This document shows, piece after piece, positions 28,369 to 36,998 of a stretch of DNA of 64,000 bases (position 1 is the first letter of the stretch; every line of letters starts with the position of its first letter). The translations under genes were made by a program, and so were the position numbers. Under the pieces are notes generated by a model. That model did not search any database. It was not told the origin of the DNA and saw nothing but the letters and a program-made list of their open reading frames with translations. The DNA comes from Vulcanimicrobiota bacterium (GTDB taxonomy: Bacteria; Vulcanimicrobiota; Xenobia; Xenobiales; JADMJV01): NCBI GenBank assembly GCA_050250895.1, contig JBFWNU010000003.1, positions 363,302 through 427,301 of the forward strand, given 5' to 3'.

Positions 28369-28895
28369 CGGCAGCGACCCCCTGGAAAGCGGACTTGAAT
28401 CACCGGGGCTCGGTAGGGGAGGGCAATGGGATTGGGCGTGAAGCGCTGGACGGGCAGATTCTGGTAGGCGCGGGGAACGACCACCCGATAAGGCCCGGCC
28501 GGGTAGCGATAAGAGTAGGGATAATAGGGGAAGCCGAAGCCGTAGCCATAGTTGGCGAAGCCGCTGGAATAGCCGGCCCCGTTGGCGGCCATCCCTCGAT
28601 TGGGGCCGGGCGAATAGCTCTGGCTGTAGGTCTGCACCGGGGCTAGCCGGGTTGACTGGGGCTCGGGACGAGGCTCTTCCAGGTCATAGACTCTGAAGTC
28701 GACTTCTTCGGCCGTGGGCACAGGAGCAGGGGTCTCGTGAACCACCTTGGGGCGAGGCTTCTTGCGATAGTCCTTGTAGATAATGGTGGTGTGGTTGCCG
28801 CGGCGCTCGATCGATTCGATCACCTTGGCTTGCTCGGCGGTGGCCGCCAGGCTCAACAACAGGAAAATCGCCAGAATTCTTTGCACGCTAATCAC
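28365..28895 (-). CDS. Hypothetical secreted protein with Tyr/Pro/Gly-rich tail
   Basis: Sec signal RILAIFLLLSLAATA. Confidence 0.65.
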   Translation of the reverse strand: MISVQRILAIFLLLSLAATAEQAKVIESIERRGNHTTIIYKDYRKKPRPKVVHETPAPVPTAEEVDFRVYDLEEPRPEPQSTRLAPVQTYSQSYSPGPNRGMAANGAGYSSGFANYGYGFGFPYYPYSYRYPAGPYRVVVPRAYQNLPVQRFTPNPIALPYRAPVIQVRFPGGRCR

Positions 28896-28951
28896 CTCGC
28901 CCTTATTCTACGCCAGCTGGGCCGGGTGGTGTCAAGCCGCTCAGGTTAACT

Positions 28952-29482
28952 TCAAGCGCCCAGCAGACGAGCCGCCAGCAGGATGCCCATGGTCGACTTG
29001 GCATCGCCCAGGCGTCCGTCAAGGGCCATCTCGACGGCTTCGGGCAGACTGACCCAGACGTTTTCGATGAACTCGCCCTCGTCGGTCTGGGGCTCGCCCA
29101 CTTCGACGTCTTCGGCTAGATAGAGCGTCAGCTTCTCGTTGCAGAATCCGGGCGAGGTGTAGAAGTCGGTCAGTTTGCGGATGTTGCCGCTGAGATAACC
29201 GACCTCTTCGCGCAACTCACGCACGATGGCCGTGTCAGGCGACTCGCCAGCGTCGATCTTGCCCGCCGGGATCTCTAGAATCGCGCGCTCGAGTGGCTTA
29301 CGGTACTGCTTGACCAGGGCCACCTGCCGTTCGCGGCTGACCACCACGGCGCAGACCGCGTCGGGATGGAGGACGATCTCGCGGTTGGTCTGGCTGCCGT
29401 CTTCGAGTTCGACCTTGAGCACGTCTACCGAGATCAGCTTGCCCTCGAAGACACGCCGCGACTCGAGGGTCCGTTCGGACAT
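28952..29482 (-). CDS. nudF: NUDIX hydrolase, ADP-ribose pyrophosphatase type
   Basis: EIPAGKIDAGE...AIVRELREEVG Nudix box, YTSPGF, DAKS. Confidence 0.8.
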   Translation of the reverse strand: MSERTLESRRVFEGKLISVDVLKVELEDGSQTNREIVLHPDAVCAVVVSRERQVALVKQYRKPLERAILEIPAGKIDAGESPDTAIVRELREEVGYLSGNIRKLTDFYTSPGFCNEKLTLYLAEDVEVGEPQTDEGEFIENVWVSLPEAVEMALDGRLGDAKSTMGILLAARLLGA

Positions 29483-29483
29483 G

Positions 29484-31409
29484 CTAAATCATCAACGGCA
29501 TGGCCGGTCCAGACAAGAACATCATGAACGGCATGACGGCGGTCGAGAGCATCGAGACCATCATCATTCCCTGCGTCATCTTGTTCATCTGCTCCATCTG
29601 GCGCATCTGGGCCATCATACCCGGGTCCATGTAACCGGCCTGCCCCTGACCCATCATGGGATCGTAGTAGCCACCCGGCATCGGTCCCATTCCTGGCGGC
29701 GGGGGGCCGCCGGCCTGGTAGTAGCGAGGGTCCATTTGACCAGGACCCATCGGGCCCATCGGGCCCATGCCTGGACCCATCGGTCCCATTTGGCCCATGC
29801 CTGGGCCCATCGGCTGTGGGTCGCCAAAACCGAAGGCGCTCTTGATGCGCTGCCACATGCTGGGCTTGATGCCCTGCTGTAGCTCGCCCGGGTTGTTGGT
29901 GAAGCTGCCCTGGTTCTGGGCCTGATTCCAGCCAAACGCGTTGGGGATGTAGCCCGACTCGCCAGCGTGAAGGTCAGGAGTCGGAGCGGGCCCCCCCTGG
30001 GTGGGGATGGCGTAGGGCAGCTGGACCACCGGGCGCTGGCTACCCTGAATATACATGCGGTCGGGTTGCTCGTAGTTGATGAACACCCCCGGCGACCCGT
30101 TCTGCTGACCGATGACCGGGTTGACTTCAGAGTAGTGAGTGGTATGGCCGTCGCGCACGGCCGTCATGACTCGACCATCGGGACGCACGACCTGGGCTAC
30201 GTCCCGGTTGGGCGACTCGACCGTGAAGTCGAGGCTGTTCGAGAACATGCTGTAGTGATTGCCTTTAGAGTCGGCAAAGAGGTACTGGGTTTCGGGTTCT
30301 TGACCCGGGCGCTGCCAGCTCTTCTCTTGCACCTGCAGCGGCTGGCCGCTGCCGTCATAGGCGGCCGTGCCGTTGGGTCCGGTCGTGAGTTGCACGCCGT
30401 TGAGCAGTTGGGTGATGTTGGTGCCGTCGCTCATGGCCACTCGGGTAACCCCGGACGGGGTGGTGTCCTGGTGCATCACCTCGGGCTGGGGTGGGCGCTG
30501 GGTGCCGGTGTTGGACCGGTTGCCGGTGTTCGGTTCGTTGATTTCGCCCAGGCCAAAGGGCGGGAACTCTTCTTGGAGGATGGGTCCGCCCTCGTTGGCC
30601 TTCTTGGGTTCGGCCTTTTGCTCGTGATGAGGGGGCGCCTCGTGGTGATTGGGGGCGGCTTGATGTTGCGGCTTGGGTCGACGGGCCCTGGGGGCGCCGG
30701 CGCCCGGCAGCGGGAACATCAACTGGCGAGTGGTCGATAGCCCCTCTTTGAGGTCGAAGCTGACCTCTCCGTCTTGAATGCCAAAGCCGGGAATCTTGCC
30801 TTTAGTCTGGACTTCGCCTTCGGGACTGATCTTGACCGCGTGCTCGATGTTCTCGAACTTGCCCGGGCCCGACTGCAGGGTGCCCGACATATTGAGCACC
30901 TGGGTCCCGTCGGGGAAGACGTGCTGGGTGAAATTGTCGTGCTTGGAGGTGATGGCGAAGTCGAGGCTGTCGAGTCCGACCTCGACGAAGCTGCCCTTCT
31001 TGTCGACAAAGCCCACCGAGGCGAATTCGCCGTCGTCGTGGAGTTCGGGCTTGAACTGTTTGCCCTCGCTGTCGAGACCGGTGAGGCGACCCTCAGAGTC
31101 GCTGGCGATGCGGTGACCGGTGGGCAGGCTGAGATCGAAGGTGCCGTCTTCAGAGGTGGTCATGCGCACGCCCGAGTCGGTCTCGTGGGTGGTCTTGCCG
31201 CCCAGTTCGCGGGTGGTGATGCCTTCGGAGGTGGTCGAGTGGACCGAGCTCTGGGATTCGAGGCGCTCGCTGCCGGTCTCTTTTTCGACCGCTTTCTTGA
31301 CGTCTTTGTTAGCGGTGGCCGCGTTGGTGGTCGCGTTGCGCGCGGCGTTCGTTTCGAAGTTGAATGCCAGTTGCTGGGCACCGGCCGGGCCGGTCGGTTT
31401 TATGGCCAT
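29484..31409 (-). CDS. Hypothetical protein: duplicated beta-rich domain, GPM-rich low-complexity region, hydrophobic C-terminus
   Basis: 641-aa ORF with SD AGGAG and a sigma-70 promoter; internal duplication (DSLDF..S...Q.V.PDG). Confidence 0.8.
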   Translation of the reverse strand: MAIKPTGPAGAQQLAFNFETNAARNATTNAATANKDVKKAVEKETGSERLESQSSVHSTTSEGITTRELGGKTTHETDSGVRMTTSEDGTFDLSLPTGHRIASDSEGRLTGLDSEGKQFKPELHDDGEFASVGFVDKKGSFVEVGLDSLDFAITSKHDNFTQHVFPDGTQVLNMSGTLQSGPGKFENIEHAVKISPEGEVQTKGKIPGFGIQDGEVSFDLKEGLSTTRQLMFPLPGAGAPRARRPKPQHQAAPNHHEAPPHHEQKAEPKKANEGGPILQEEFPPFGLGEINEPNTGNRSNTGTQRPPQPEVMHQDTTPSGVTRVAMSDGTNITQLLNGVQLTTGPNGTAAYDGSGQPLQVQEKSWQRPGQEPETQYLFADSKGNHYSMFSNSLDFTVESPNRDVAQVVRPDGRVMTAVRDGHTTHYSEVNPVIGQQNGSPGVFINYEQPDRMYIQGSQRPVVQLPYAIPTQGGPAPTPDLHAGESGYIPNAFGWNQAQNQGSFTNNPGELQQGIKPSMWQRIKSAFGFGDPQPMGPGMGQMGPMGPGMGPMGPMGPGQMDPRYYQAGGPPPPGMGPMPGGYYDPMMGQGQAGYMDPGMMAQMRQMEQMNKMTQGMMMVSMLSTAVMPFMMFLSGPAMPLMI

Positions 31410-32095
31410 GAATCCCTCTCCTGTTCGATCCTCCTGCCAGTATAGTCAAGCCCCCCAGGGGAGTCAAACAGGCACAAGAGGCTGTTCTTTAACTTTTGGC
31501 AAGATCCGTCAAATGGCATGCTCGAGGCCCACTTTCTGAGGTCTTCAAGGCTATCGATATCGGCCAGGGTCTCGAGCAGGTGCCAACTCAGACCGGCCTG
31601 TTCGGCGGCCTCGAGGGTCTGGCCGAGAACCTGTTCGGTCGACCAGGTGATCTGCTCGAAGAGCGGGCTCGGGGTGGGGCCCTCCAGACCCAGCAGATAG
31701 TAGCCTCCGTCCTCGCTTGGGCCGACCACCAGCGGCCGGTCGGTCAACCGCTGATAGGCCTGGCGATAGTGGGTGGGGCCGGCTGCGGGACAGTCGCTGC
31801 CGATGACCAGACGAGCGCCGGGACCAAAGGCCTGGAGGGTCTCGAGCAGGCGCTGGCCCAGATCGTCTCCGTGTTGCGGCCGGGCAGGAAGCTCTCCGAG
31901 CCATTCCTGGTACAGTTCGAGGGGCCAGGCCGGGTCGTAGCAGAGGGTGAATTCCAGCCCCGAGTCTTTCAGTTGCTCGAGGACGGTTTGGGCCAGCAGT
32001 CGATAGACCTGAGCGGCCGTCTGCGGGTCCAGGTCTTTGGCCAGGCGCGTCTTGACCCGGCCGGGCTCGGGATATTTGCAGAAGACACAGATCAA
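31400..32095 (-). CDS. DUF2064 / TIGR04282-family glycosyltransferase-like protein
   Basis: FCKYPEPGRVKTRLA, QHGDDLGQRL, IGSDCP, GPSEDGGYYLLG, DIDSLEDL; TTG overlaps the upstream TGA. Confidence 0.85.
   Translation of the reverse strand: MICVFCKYPEPGRVKTRLAKDLDPQTAAQVYRLLAQTVLEQLKDSGLEFTLCYDPAWPLELYQEWLGELPARPQHGDDLGQRLLETLQAFGPGARLVIGSDCPAAGPTHYRQAYQRLTDRPLVVGPSEDGGYYLLGLEGPTPSPLFEQITWSTEQVLGQTLEAAEQAGLSWHLLETLADIDSLEDLRKWASSMPFDGSCQKLKNSLLCLFDSPGGLDYTGRRIEQERDSWP
31439..31467 (-). promoter_or_regulatory. Sigma-70 promoter TTGACT-N17-TATACT
   Basis: Near-consensus hexamers with a 17-bp spacer upstream of 31409. Confidence 0.75.
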
Positions 32096-32871
32096 AGAGT
32101 GAACAACAGCCCGGTGTCGCAGGGCGGAGGGTCCAGGCGAGCCACCGTCTCGACCAACAGCGGCTCGAGGACCTGGCTCGACAGCTTCAGGTTGGCGCCT
32201 AAATCCTCGGCGCTGGTGGGCGGGATGCTGATTCCGTTGGCGTAATCGACCGGGAAGCCCACCAGTGTATAAGGAATCTGCAGTTCGCCGGCCAGCACCG
32301 CCTCGGGTCCGGCGGTTTGGCTGACAGCCGTGATACCGAGCCCGTAAAGGGCCGCGATCTCGATGCGAGTGTTGAGGCGGGGACCGTAGACGTGGCCGTA
32401 GGTTCCACCGGTTTCGACCTCGAGGTCGAGTCGCTCGGCCGCCTGGGACAGGGCCGTACGCAGGGCAGGGCTGAAGATGTTGGTGGGAATGAAGTGGCCC
32501 CTTCCCGGCTGACCCGGAGTAAAGACGCTGCACAGTTCGCCGTTGGGAAGGCGATTGTCAGGGAAGTAGAGTTCGTCGAACAGGATGGGTTGGGCCAGGG
32601 GCAGATTGGGCGCCAGCAAGCCCACCACCGAGGTGGCCAGGATGGCTCGTACTCCGAGCTGGGCAAAGGCCGAGAAGGCAGCGCGATAGTTGATGTGGTT
32701 GGGCAGGTCGGCGTGACCGGGGCCATGGCGAGCCCAACAAACCACCGGCTTGTCGGCCAGCTTTCCGGTCACCATTTCGGCCGTCCCAAAAGGCGTCTCG
32801 AAGGATTTGGGCCCGGCCTCGCTCAGCCCCTCGAGGCGATAGAAACTCGACCCGGTGATGAGGGCGATCAT
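32092..32871 (-). CDS. MTAP/purine nucleoside phosphorylase family protein
   Basis: ITGS, TPFG, ARHGPGH..PNHINYRA, GPRLNTRIE, PEAVLAGE, VDYA. Confidence 0.85.
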   Translation of the reverse strand: MIALITGSSFYRLEGLSEAGPKSFETPFGTAEMVTGKLADKPVVCWARHGPGHADLPNHINYRAAFSAFAQLGVRAILATSVVGLLAPNLPLAQPILFDELYFPDNRLPNGELCSVFTPGQPGRGHFIPTNIFSPALRTALSQAAERLDLEVETGGTYGHVYGPRLNTRIEIAALYGLGITAVSQTAGPEAVLAGELQIPYTLVGFPVDYANGISIPPTSAEDLGANLKLSSQVLEPLLVETVARLDPPPCDTGLLFTL

Positions 32872-32940
32872 TGCTCAACCTTTTTGCTCGGGCCGTGGCT
32901 CCCTGCAGGAACCCCCTGCTCTGCCCGAAATTAGGGCGCT

Positions 32941-33879
32941 GTGACCGAGGAAATGGAACCGGTGGTGGCCGAGGTGCTCGAGCTAGAGGTCGAGCCCGAA
33001 TCGGCCGGCCTGCGCCTCGACGTGTATCTGGCCGGGCGTCTCGAATACTCGCGTTCGCTGCTCCAGGACTGGATCCGCGACGCCCGCGTGGTGCTGGGTG
33101 GCAAGCCCACTAAGGCGTCGACCAAGGTCAAGGCCGGCCAGCAGGTGCTGGTCGAAGTGCCGCCGCTCGAACCGGCCGATCCTGTGCCTGACCCCACCAT
33201 TCCCCTCGAGGTCATCTACGAGGACGAGTCGATCCTGGTCATCAACAAGCAACGTGGCCTGGTGGTCCACCCGGCTATCGGCAATCCCGACGGTACCCTG
33301 GTCAACGCCCTGCTCGCCCATGAGACGACCTGGTCGGGCATTCGCGGGGTCCAAAAGCCGGGCATCGTGCATCGCCTCGACAAGAATACCACCGGCTTGA
33401 TGGTTACGGCCAAGAACGACCGGGCCCACGTAGGACTGCAGAACCAGTTTCGCGATCGCATGGTGCTCAAGGTCTATCGAGCCCTGGTGCATGGTGTGCC
33501 CTCGCCGCGTGAAGGCCGCATTCACCAACCGATCGGTCGCCATGTGGTCGATCGCACGCGCATGGCCGTGCTACCCACCGGCAAGCCGGCCTTCTCGGAC
33601 TATAAAGTCCTGGAAGTGTTCGAAGAAGATTATGCCTACGTGGAGGTCCACATCCATACCGGTAGGACCCACCAGATTCGCGTGCACATGGCCTGGCTTG
33701 GCCACCAGATCGTGGGCGACCCGATGTATGGCCGCCGCAAGAATCCCTTCGGACTGGTGGGGCAGGCCCTGCACTGCTTTCGGCTGGGCTTTGTCCACCC
33801 CACCCGCGGCGACTCGCTCGAATTCACCTGCGACCTGCCCGAGGACTTCCAACGCATTCTCGACCGCCTGCGCCGCTAA
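32941..33879 (+). CDS. rluD: RluA/RluD-family pseudouridine synthase
   Basis: S4 RLDVYL; NKQRGLVVHP; HRLDKNTTG; TGRTHQIRVH; GQALH. Confidence 0.9.
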   Translation: MTEEMEPVVAEVLELEVEPESAGLRLDVYLAGRLEYSRSLLQDWIRDARVVLGGKPTKASTKVKAGQQVLVEVPPLEPADPVPDPTIPLEVIYEDESILVINKQRGLVVHPAIGNPDGTLVNALLAHETTWSGIRGVQKPGIVHRLDKNTTGLMVTAKNDRAHVGLQNQFRDRMVLKVYRALVHGVPSPREGRIHQPIGRHVVDRTRMAVLPTGKPAFSDYKVLEVFEEDYAYVEVHIHTGRTHQIRVHMAWLGHQIVGDPMYGRRKNPFGLVGQALHCFRLGFVHPTRGDSLEFTCDLPEDFQRILDRLRR

Positions 33880-33883
33880 GGCC

Positions 33884-33916
33884 GTTCAAAAATCTTTCAG
33901 GCCGGCCGGCTAGAGT
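33884..33916 (+). promoter_or_regulatory. Direct-repeat promoter motif GTTCA-N6-TTTCA-N11-TAGAGT
   Basis: Same spacing as the other copies; upstream of 33949. Confidence 0.7.
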
Positions 33917-33948
33917 GGCGGTATAGCACCTGGAAGGACACATCGACC

Positions 33949-34320
33949 ATGATCAACGCCGGCATCCCCAATTTTCGGGTTCCCTCTCATACCGCCTGTG
34001 GCGGCCAATGCAAATGCGGTGGCAGCTGCTCTCGCAGCAAGAAAGCCGGCGACGGCGCCGACTCGGCCGCTCCCGTGAAGTTGTCCGGACCTTCGTCGGC
34101 CGGCAAAACGGCCACCATCCAAGCCCTGGCAGAACAGACCGGCCAGCCGGTGCGCAGAGTCAACTTGTCGAGTGATACCCCGATGGCCGAACTGACTGGC
34201 CAGCCTCCCGCCTCTTCGGCCTGCGGCGGCGACTGCTCGAGCTGCGCTATCAAACATCTTTTCAAACCCCCGGCCGGCATGGCCGAGATTCGCCCCCCCG
34301 TCAAGTGGGCTCAGGACTAG
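33949..34320 (+). CDS. Small Cys-rich protein containing an AAA_5/midasin-like P-loop fragment
   Basis: CGGQCKCGGSC and CGGDCSSC flank GPSSAGKT...VRRVNLSSDT..ELTG. Confidence 0.7.
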   Translation: MINAGIPNFRVPSHTACGGQCKCGGSCSRSKKAGDGADSAAPVKLSGPSSAGKTATIQALAEQTGQPVRRVNLSSDTPMAELTGQPPASSACGGDCSSCAIKHLFKPPAGMAEIRPPVKWAQD

Positions 34321-34439
34321 CCGACCCAGCGGCGCGCCGCGAAGCGCCGTAGGGAACGACGAGAACGCCGCCCCCGCTGTAGTCTAGCAGCCTGACCATA
34401 CGTTCTCGTCGTGACCGTCAAGCCGCGGCCGGGCCGGCG
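34321..34439 (-). repeat. Single inverted copy of the family C 130-bp unit
   Basis: Reverse complement matches the 27104-27412 units. Confidence 0.85.
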
Positions 34440-34500
34440 TTCCTACGGAGCCGGCCCACCGGCGCGGAACTCGATTTGTCCCTGGCTGGTTGGCATGGGC

Positions 34501-35172
34501 ATGAAGAAGTTCCTGGTTTTGTTGTGTCTGTTCTCGACCCCTGCTCTGGCCGACGGAGTGGCCGTCATCGAGCTGTTCACCTCGCAAGGTTGCAGCAGTT
34601 GCCCGTCGGCTGACCGGCTGGTCAGCGAACTGGGCCAGGACCCTCGGGTCTTCACCCTGTCTTTTCATGTCGATTATTGGAACCGCCTGGGCTGGGTCGA
34701 CCCTTTCAGCCGGCCCGAATACACCGAGCGTCAGAAGGCCTATTCGCGGCACTTCAAGCAGCGCAACATCTATACTCCCCAGGCCGTAGTCAACGGGCGC
34801 TGGGAGTTGGTGGGCAGCAATCGGGCCGGTCTCGAGAGCTATCTCAAACAGGCCTTCCAAAGCCCGGCCACCGCCCTCAAGTTGGGCTCGCGGGTCGAGA
34901 AGGGCAAACTGTTCGTCACCGTTGAGGCGCCCACCCTCAAGAAGGCTAAGCAGCTCAACCTGGCCCTGGTGACCCCTCACGCTCAGACGGCCGTCGAGCG
35001 CGGCGAGAATAGCGGGAGACGGCTCGAGCACACTAACGTAGTGCGAGCGTTCAAGCAGGTCACCCTCGCCAAACCGGCTCAGCAGTTCTCGCTCGAGTTG
35101 CCGAATTTGAAAGGGCTGCAACTGGTGGCCTATTTCCAGGACGGGTCAGGAGCGGCCAGCCTGGATATCTGA
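34501..35172 (+). CDS. DUF1223 family secreted thioredoxin-like protein
   Basis: Signal peptide; ELFTSQGCSSCPSAD, FHVDYWNRLGWVDPF, YTPQAVVNG. Confidence 0.9.
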   Translation: MKKFLVLLCLFSTPALADGVAVIELFTSQGCSSCPSADRLVSELGQDPRVFTLSFHVDYWNRLGWVDPFSRPEYTERQKAYSRHFKQRNIYTPQAVVNGRWELVGSNRAGLESYLKQAFQSPATALKLGSRVEKGKLFVTVEAPTLKKAKQLNLALVTPHAQTAVERGENSGRRLEHTNVVRAFKQVTLAKPAQQFSLELPNLKGLQLVAYFQDGSGAASLDI

Positions 35173-35396
35173 CCTGGCCCGCTCTTGCGCACGGAAGTCG
35201 CCCGGCCCAGCGAGCCCAGGCCGGCGGGTCACCCCCCGCCCAGCCAGCCGAACAACGGCCCGGAGTGGTTGTCTTTCCCCGCCGCCCAGGCCAGCCCCGC
35301 CAAGCAGGGATACCACCCCGGCAGCCAGCCCAAGCCTGGCCAAGCCGGGATGCCACCCCGGCAGGAACCTCAAACTTTGGGCCTAACAGGGCGGCC

Positions 35397-36998
35397 ATGC
35401 AAGCGTGGTTGCTGGCCGCCCTGGCGGGACTGCTGGGCTTCTTGGCGACTCCACCCTACGACCAGTTTTATCTGGGTTGGGTAGAGTTCGTGCCTTTGCT
35501 GTGGGCCTGCCGAGAGGCCAGCCCCCGGCTGGCCTTCTTACTGGGCTGGCTGAGCGGCACTTTGATCAACCTGGGCGCTTTCTACTGGGTCTATGAGCTG
35601 ATGGTGACCCACTCGGGCATCCCGCCCCTGGGGGCGGTGGGATTGACCCTCTTCCTATCCGCCCAGCAAGGCCTGCGACTGGCTATCTGGATGGGCCTGG
35701 CGCGCGCCCTCGAAGAGCGGGCTCCGCGCTGGCTCCTTTATGCGGTGGTCTACACCGCCTGCGAGTTTCTCTATCCGACCATCTTCCCGTTGCACCTGTC
35801 CAACTCCCAACACAACTGCCTGTGGACCAGTCAGGCCATGGACCTGGCCGGACCGGCCGGCCTGAGCTTTCTGATGATCGTCTTTCAAGCGGGACTATGG
35901 AGCCTGCTCGAAAAGCGCAAGGCCAATCTCGACACTGCGGTGGGCCTGGGAGTGCTGGTGGCCACCCTGGTCTACGGTGGGGTGCGGGTGCATCAGGTCG
36001 AGGCGGTGATGAACGCAGCTCCCGTCCTGAGGATGGCCATGGTCGAGAACAATGTGGGGCTGGTCGAGACCAGCCAGGACGTGATGGGCGGCATGCAACT
36101 CCTGCAGACCCTGGCCGGTCGCGCCACCGCCGACCTGATCGTCTTTCCCGAGACCTCGGTCAAGACGCCACCCCCGCTGCATTGGGTGCGGGGCCGTAAC
36201 GACCCGGTCCTCGAACCGGTGTTGCACTATCCCCTGGGCCTGGCCGCCCTGGCCCAGAGCGGTCCCTACGCCCCTCAGCTGGGTTATCAAACGCCACTTC
36301 TTTTTGGCACGGTGGCCATCGACGAAGAGCATGAGGGGCCCATCCCGGGTCGACCCGCCCTCTACAACGCGGCCTTTTTGGTGGATGCCCAGGGTCAGGT
36401 GCTGGGCACGGCTCTCAAGAACAAGCTGCTGTTGTTTGGCGAGTTCATCCCCGCCGCCCGCTACTTTCCCTGGATCTACACCTCTATCCTCGACCGGGCC
36501 TCATGCCTGGTGCCCGGCACCGAGCCGGGAGTGCTGCCGTTTGACGGCCACCGCATCGGCGTCTCGATCTGCTACGAGGACATCCTGCCCAATTTCAACT
36601 ACCGCCTCGGGCGGGGGCAGCCTGAGTTGCTGGTCAATCTGACCAACGATGCCTGGTTTGGGAAGACGGCCGAGCCGGCCGCCCATCTGGCCCTGGCCAA
36701 GGCCCGCGCCATTGAGCTGCGCCTCTATATGGCACGCTCTACCACCACCGGAATCTCGGCCTTTATTGACCCGCTCGGTCGCGTGATGGCGCAAACCACC
36801 ACCGACGAGCCCGAATCGCTCGAACAGGACCTGGCCTGGATGCCGGGTGGCACTCTGTTCTCGGTCATCGGGCCTGGCTTTGCCTGGCTGTGCGTGGTGG
36901 TCTGCCTGGTCTGGATGGTTCAGGCCCGGCGGGCTAGGTCCCTAAACCCGACGGATACTCGATCTTCTCGATCGGACCGCCGGGCTGCCGCTGAATAA
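35397..36998 (+). CDS. lnt: Apolipoprotein N-acyltransferase
   Basis: TM N-terminus; VFPET, KNKLLLFGEFIP, ICYED, NLTNDAWFG, RAIELR. Confidence 0.92.
   Translation: MQAWLLAALAGLLGFLATPPYDQFYLGWVEFVPLLWACREASPRLAFLLGWLSGTLINLGAFYWVYELMVTHSGIPPLGAVGLTLFLSAQQGLRLAIWMGLARALEERAPRWLLYAVVYTACEFLYPTIFPLHLSNSQHNCLWTSQAMDLAGPAGLSFLMIVFQAGLWSLLEKRKANLDTAVGLGVLVATLVYGGVRVHQVEAVMNAAPVLRMAMVENNVGLVETSQDVMGGMQLLQTLAGRATADLIVFPETSVKTPPPLHWVRGRNDPVLEPVLHYPLGLAALAQSGPYAPQLGYQTPLLFGTVAIDEEHEGPIPGRPALYNAAFLVDAQGQVLGTALKNKLLLFGEFIPAARYFPWIYTSILDRASCLVPGTEPGVLPFDGHRIGVSICYEDILPNFNYRLGRGQPELLVNLTNDAWFGKTAEPAAHLALAKARAIELRLYMARSTTTGISAFIDPLGRVMAQTTTDEPESLEQDLAWMPGGTLFSVIGPGFAWLCVVVCLVWMVQARRARSLNPTDTRSSRSDRRAAAE

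Noticed and set aside
35185-35370. Short duplication (GCCAAGC.GGGAT.CCACCCCGGCAG twice) upstream of lnt
   Set aside because: Only two copies in the window; likely a remnant of another intergenic repeat, no function can be supported.
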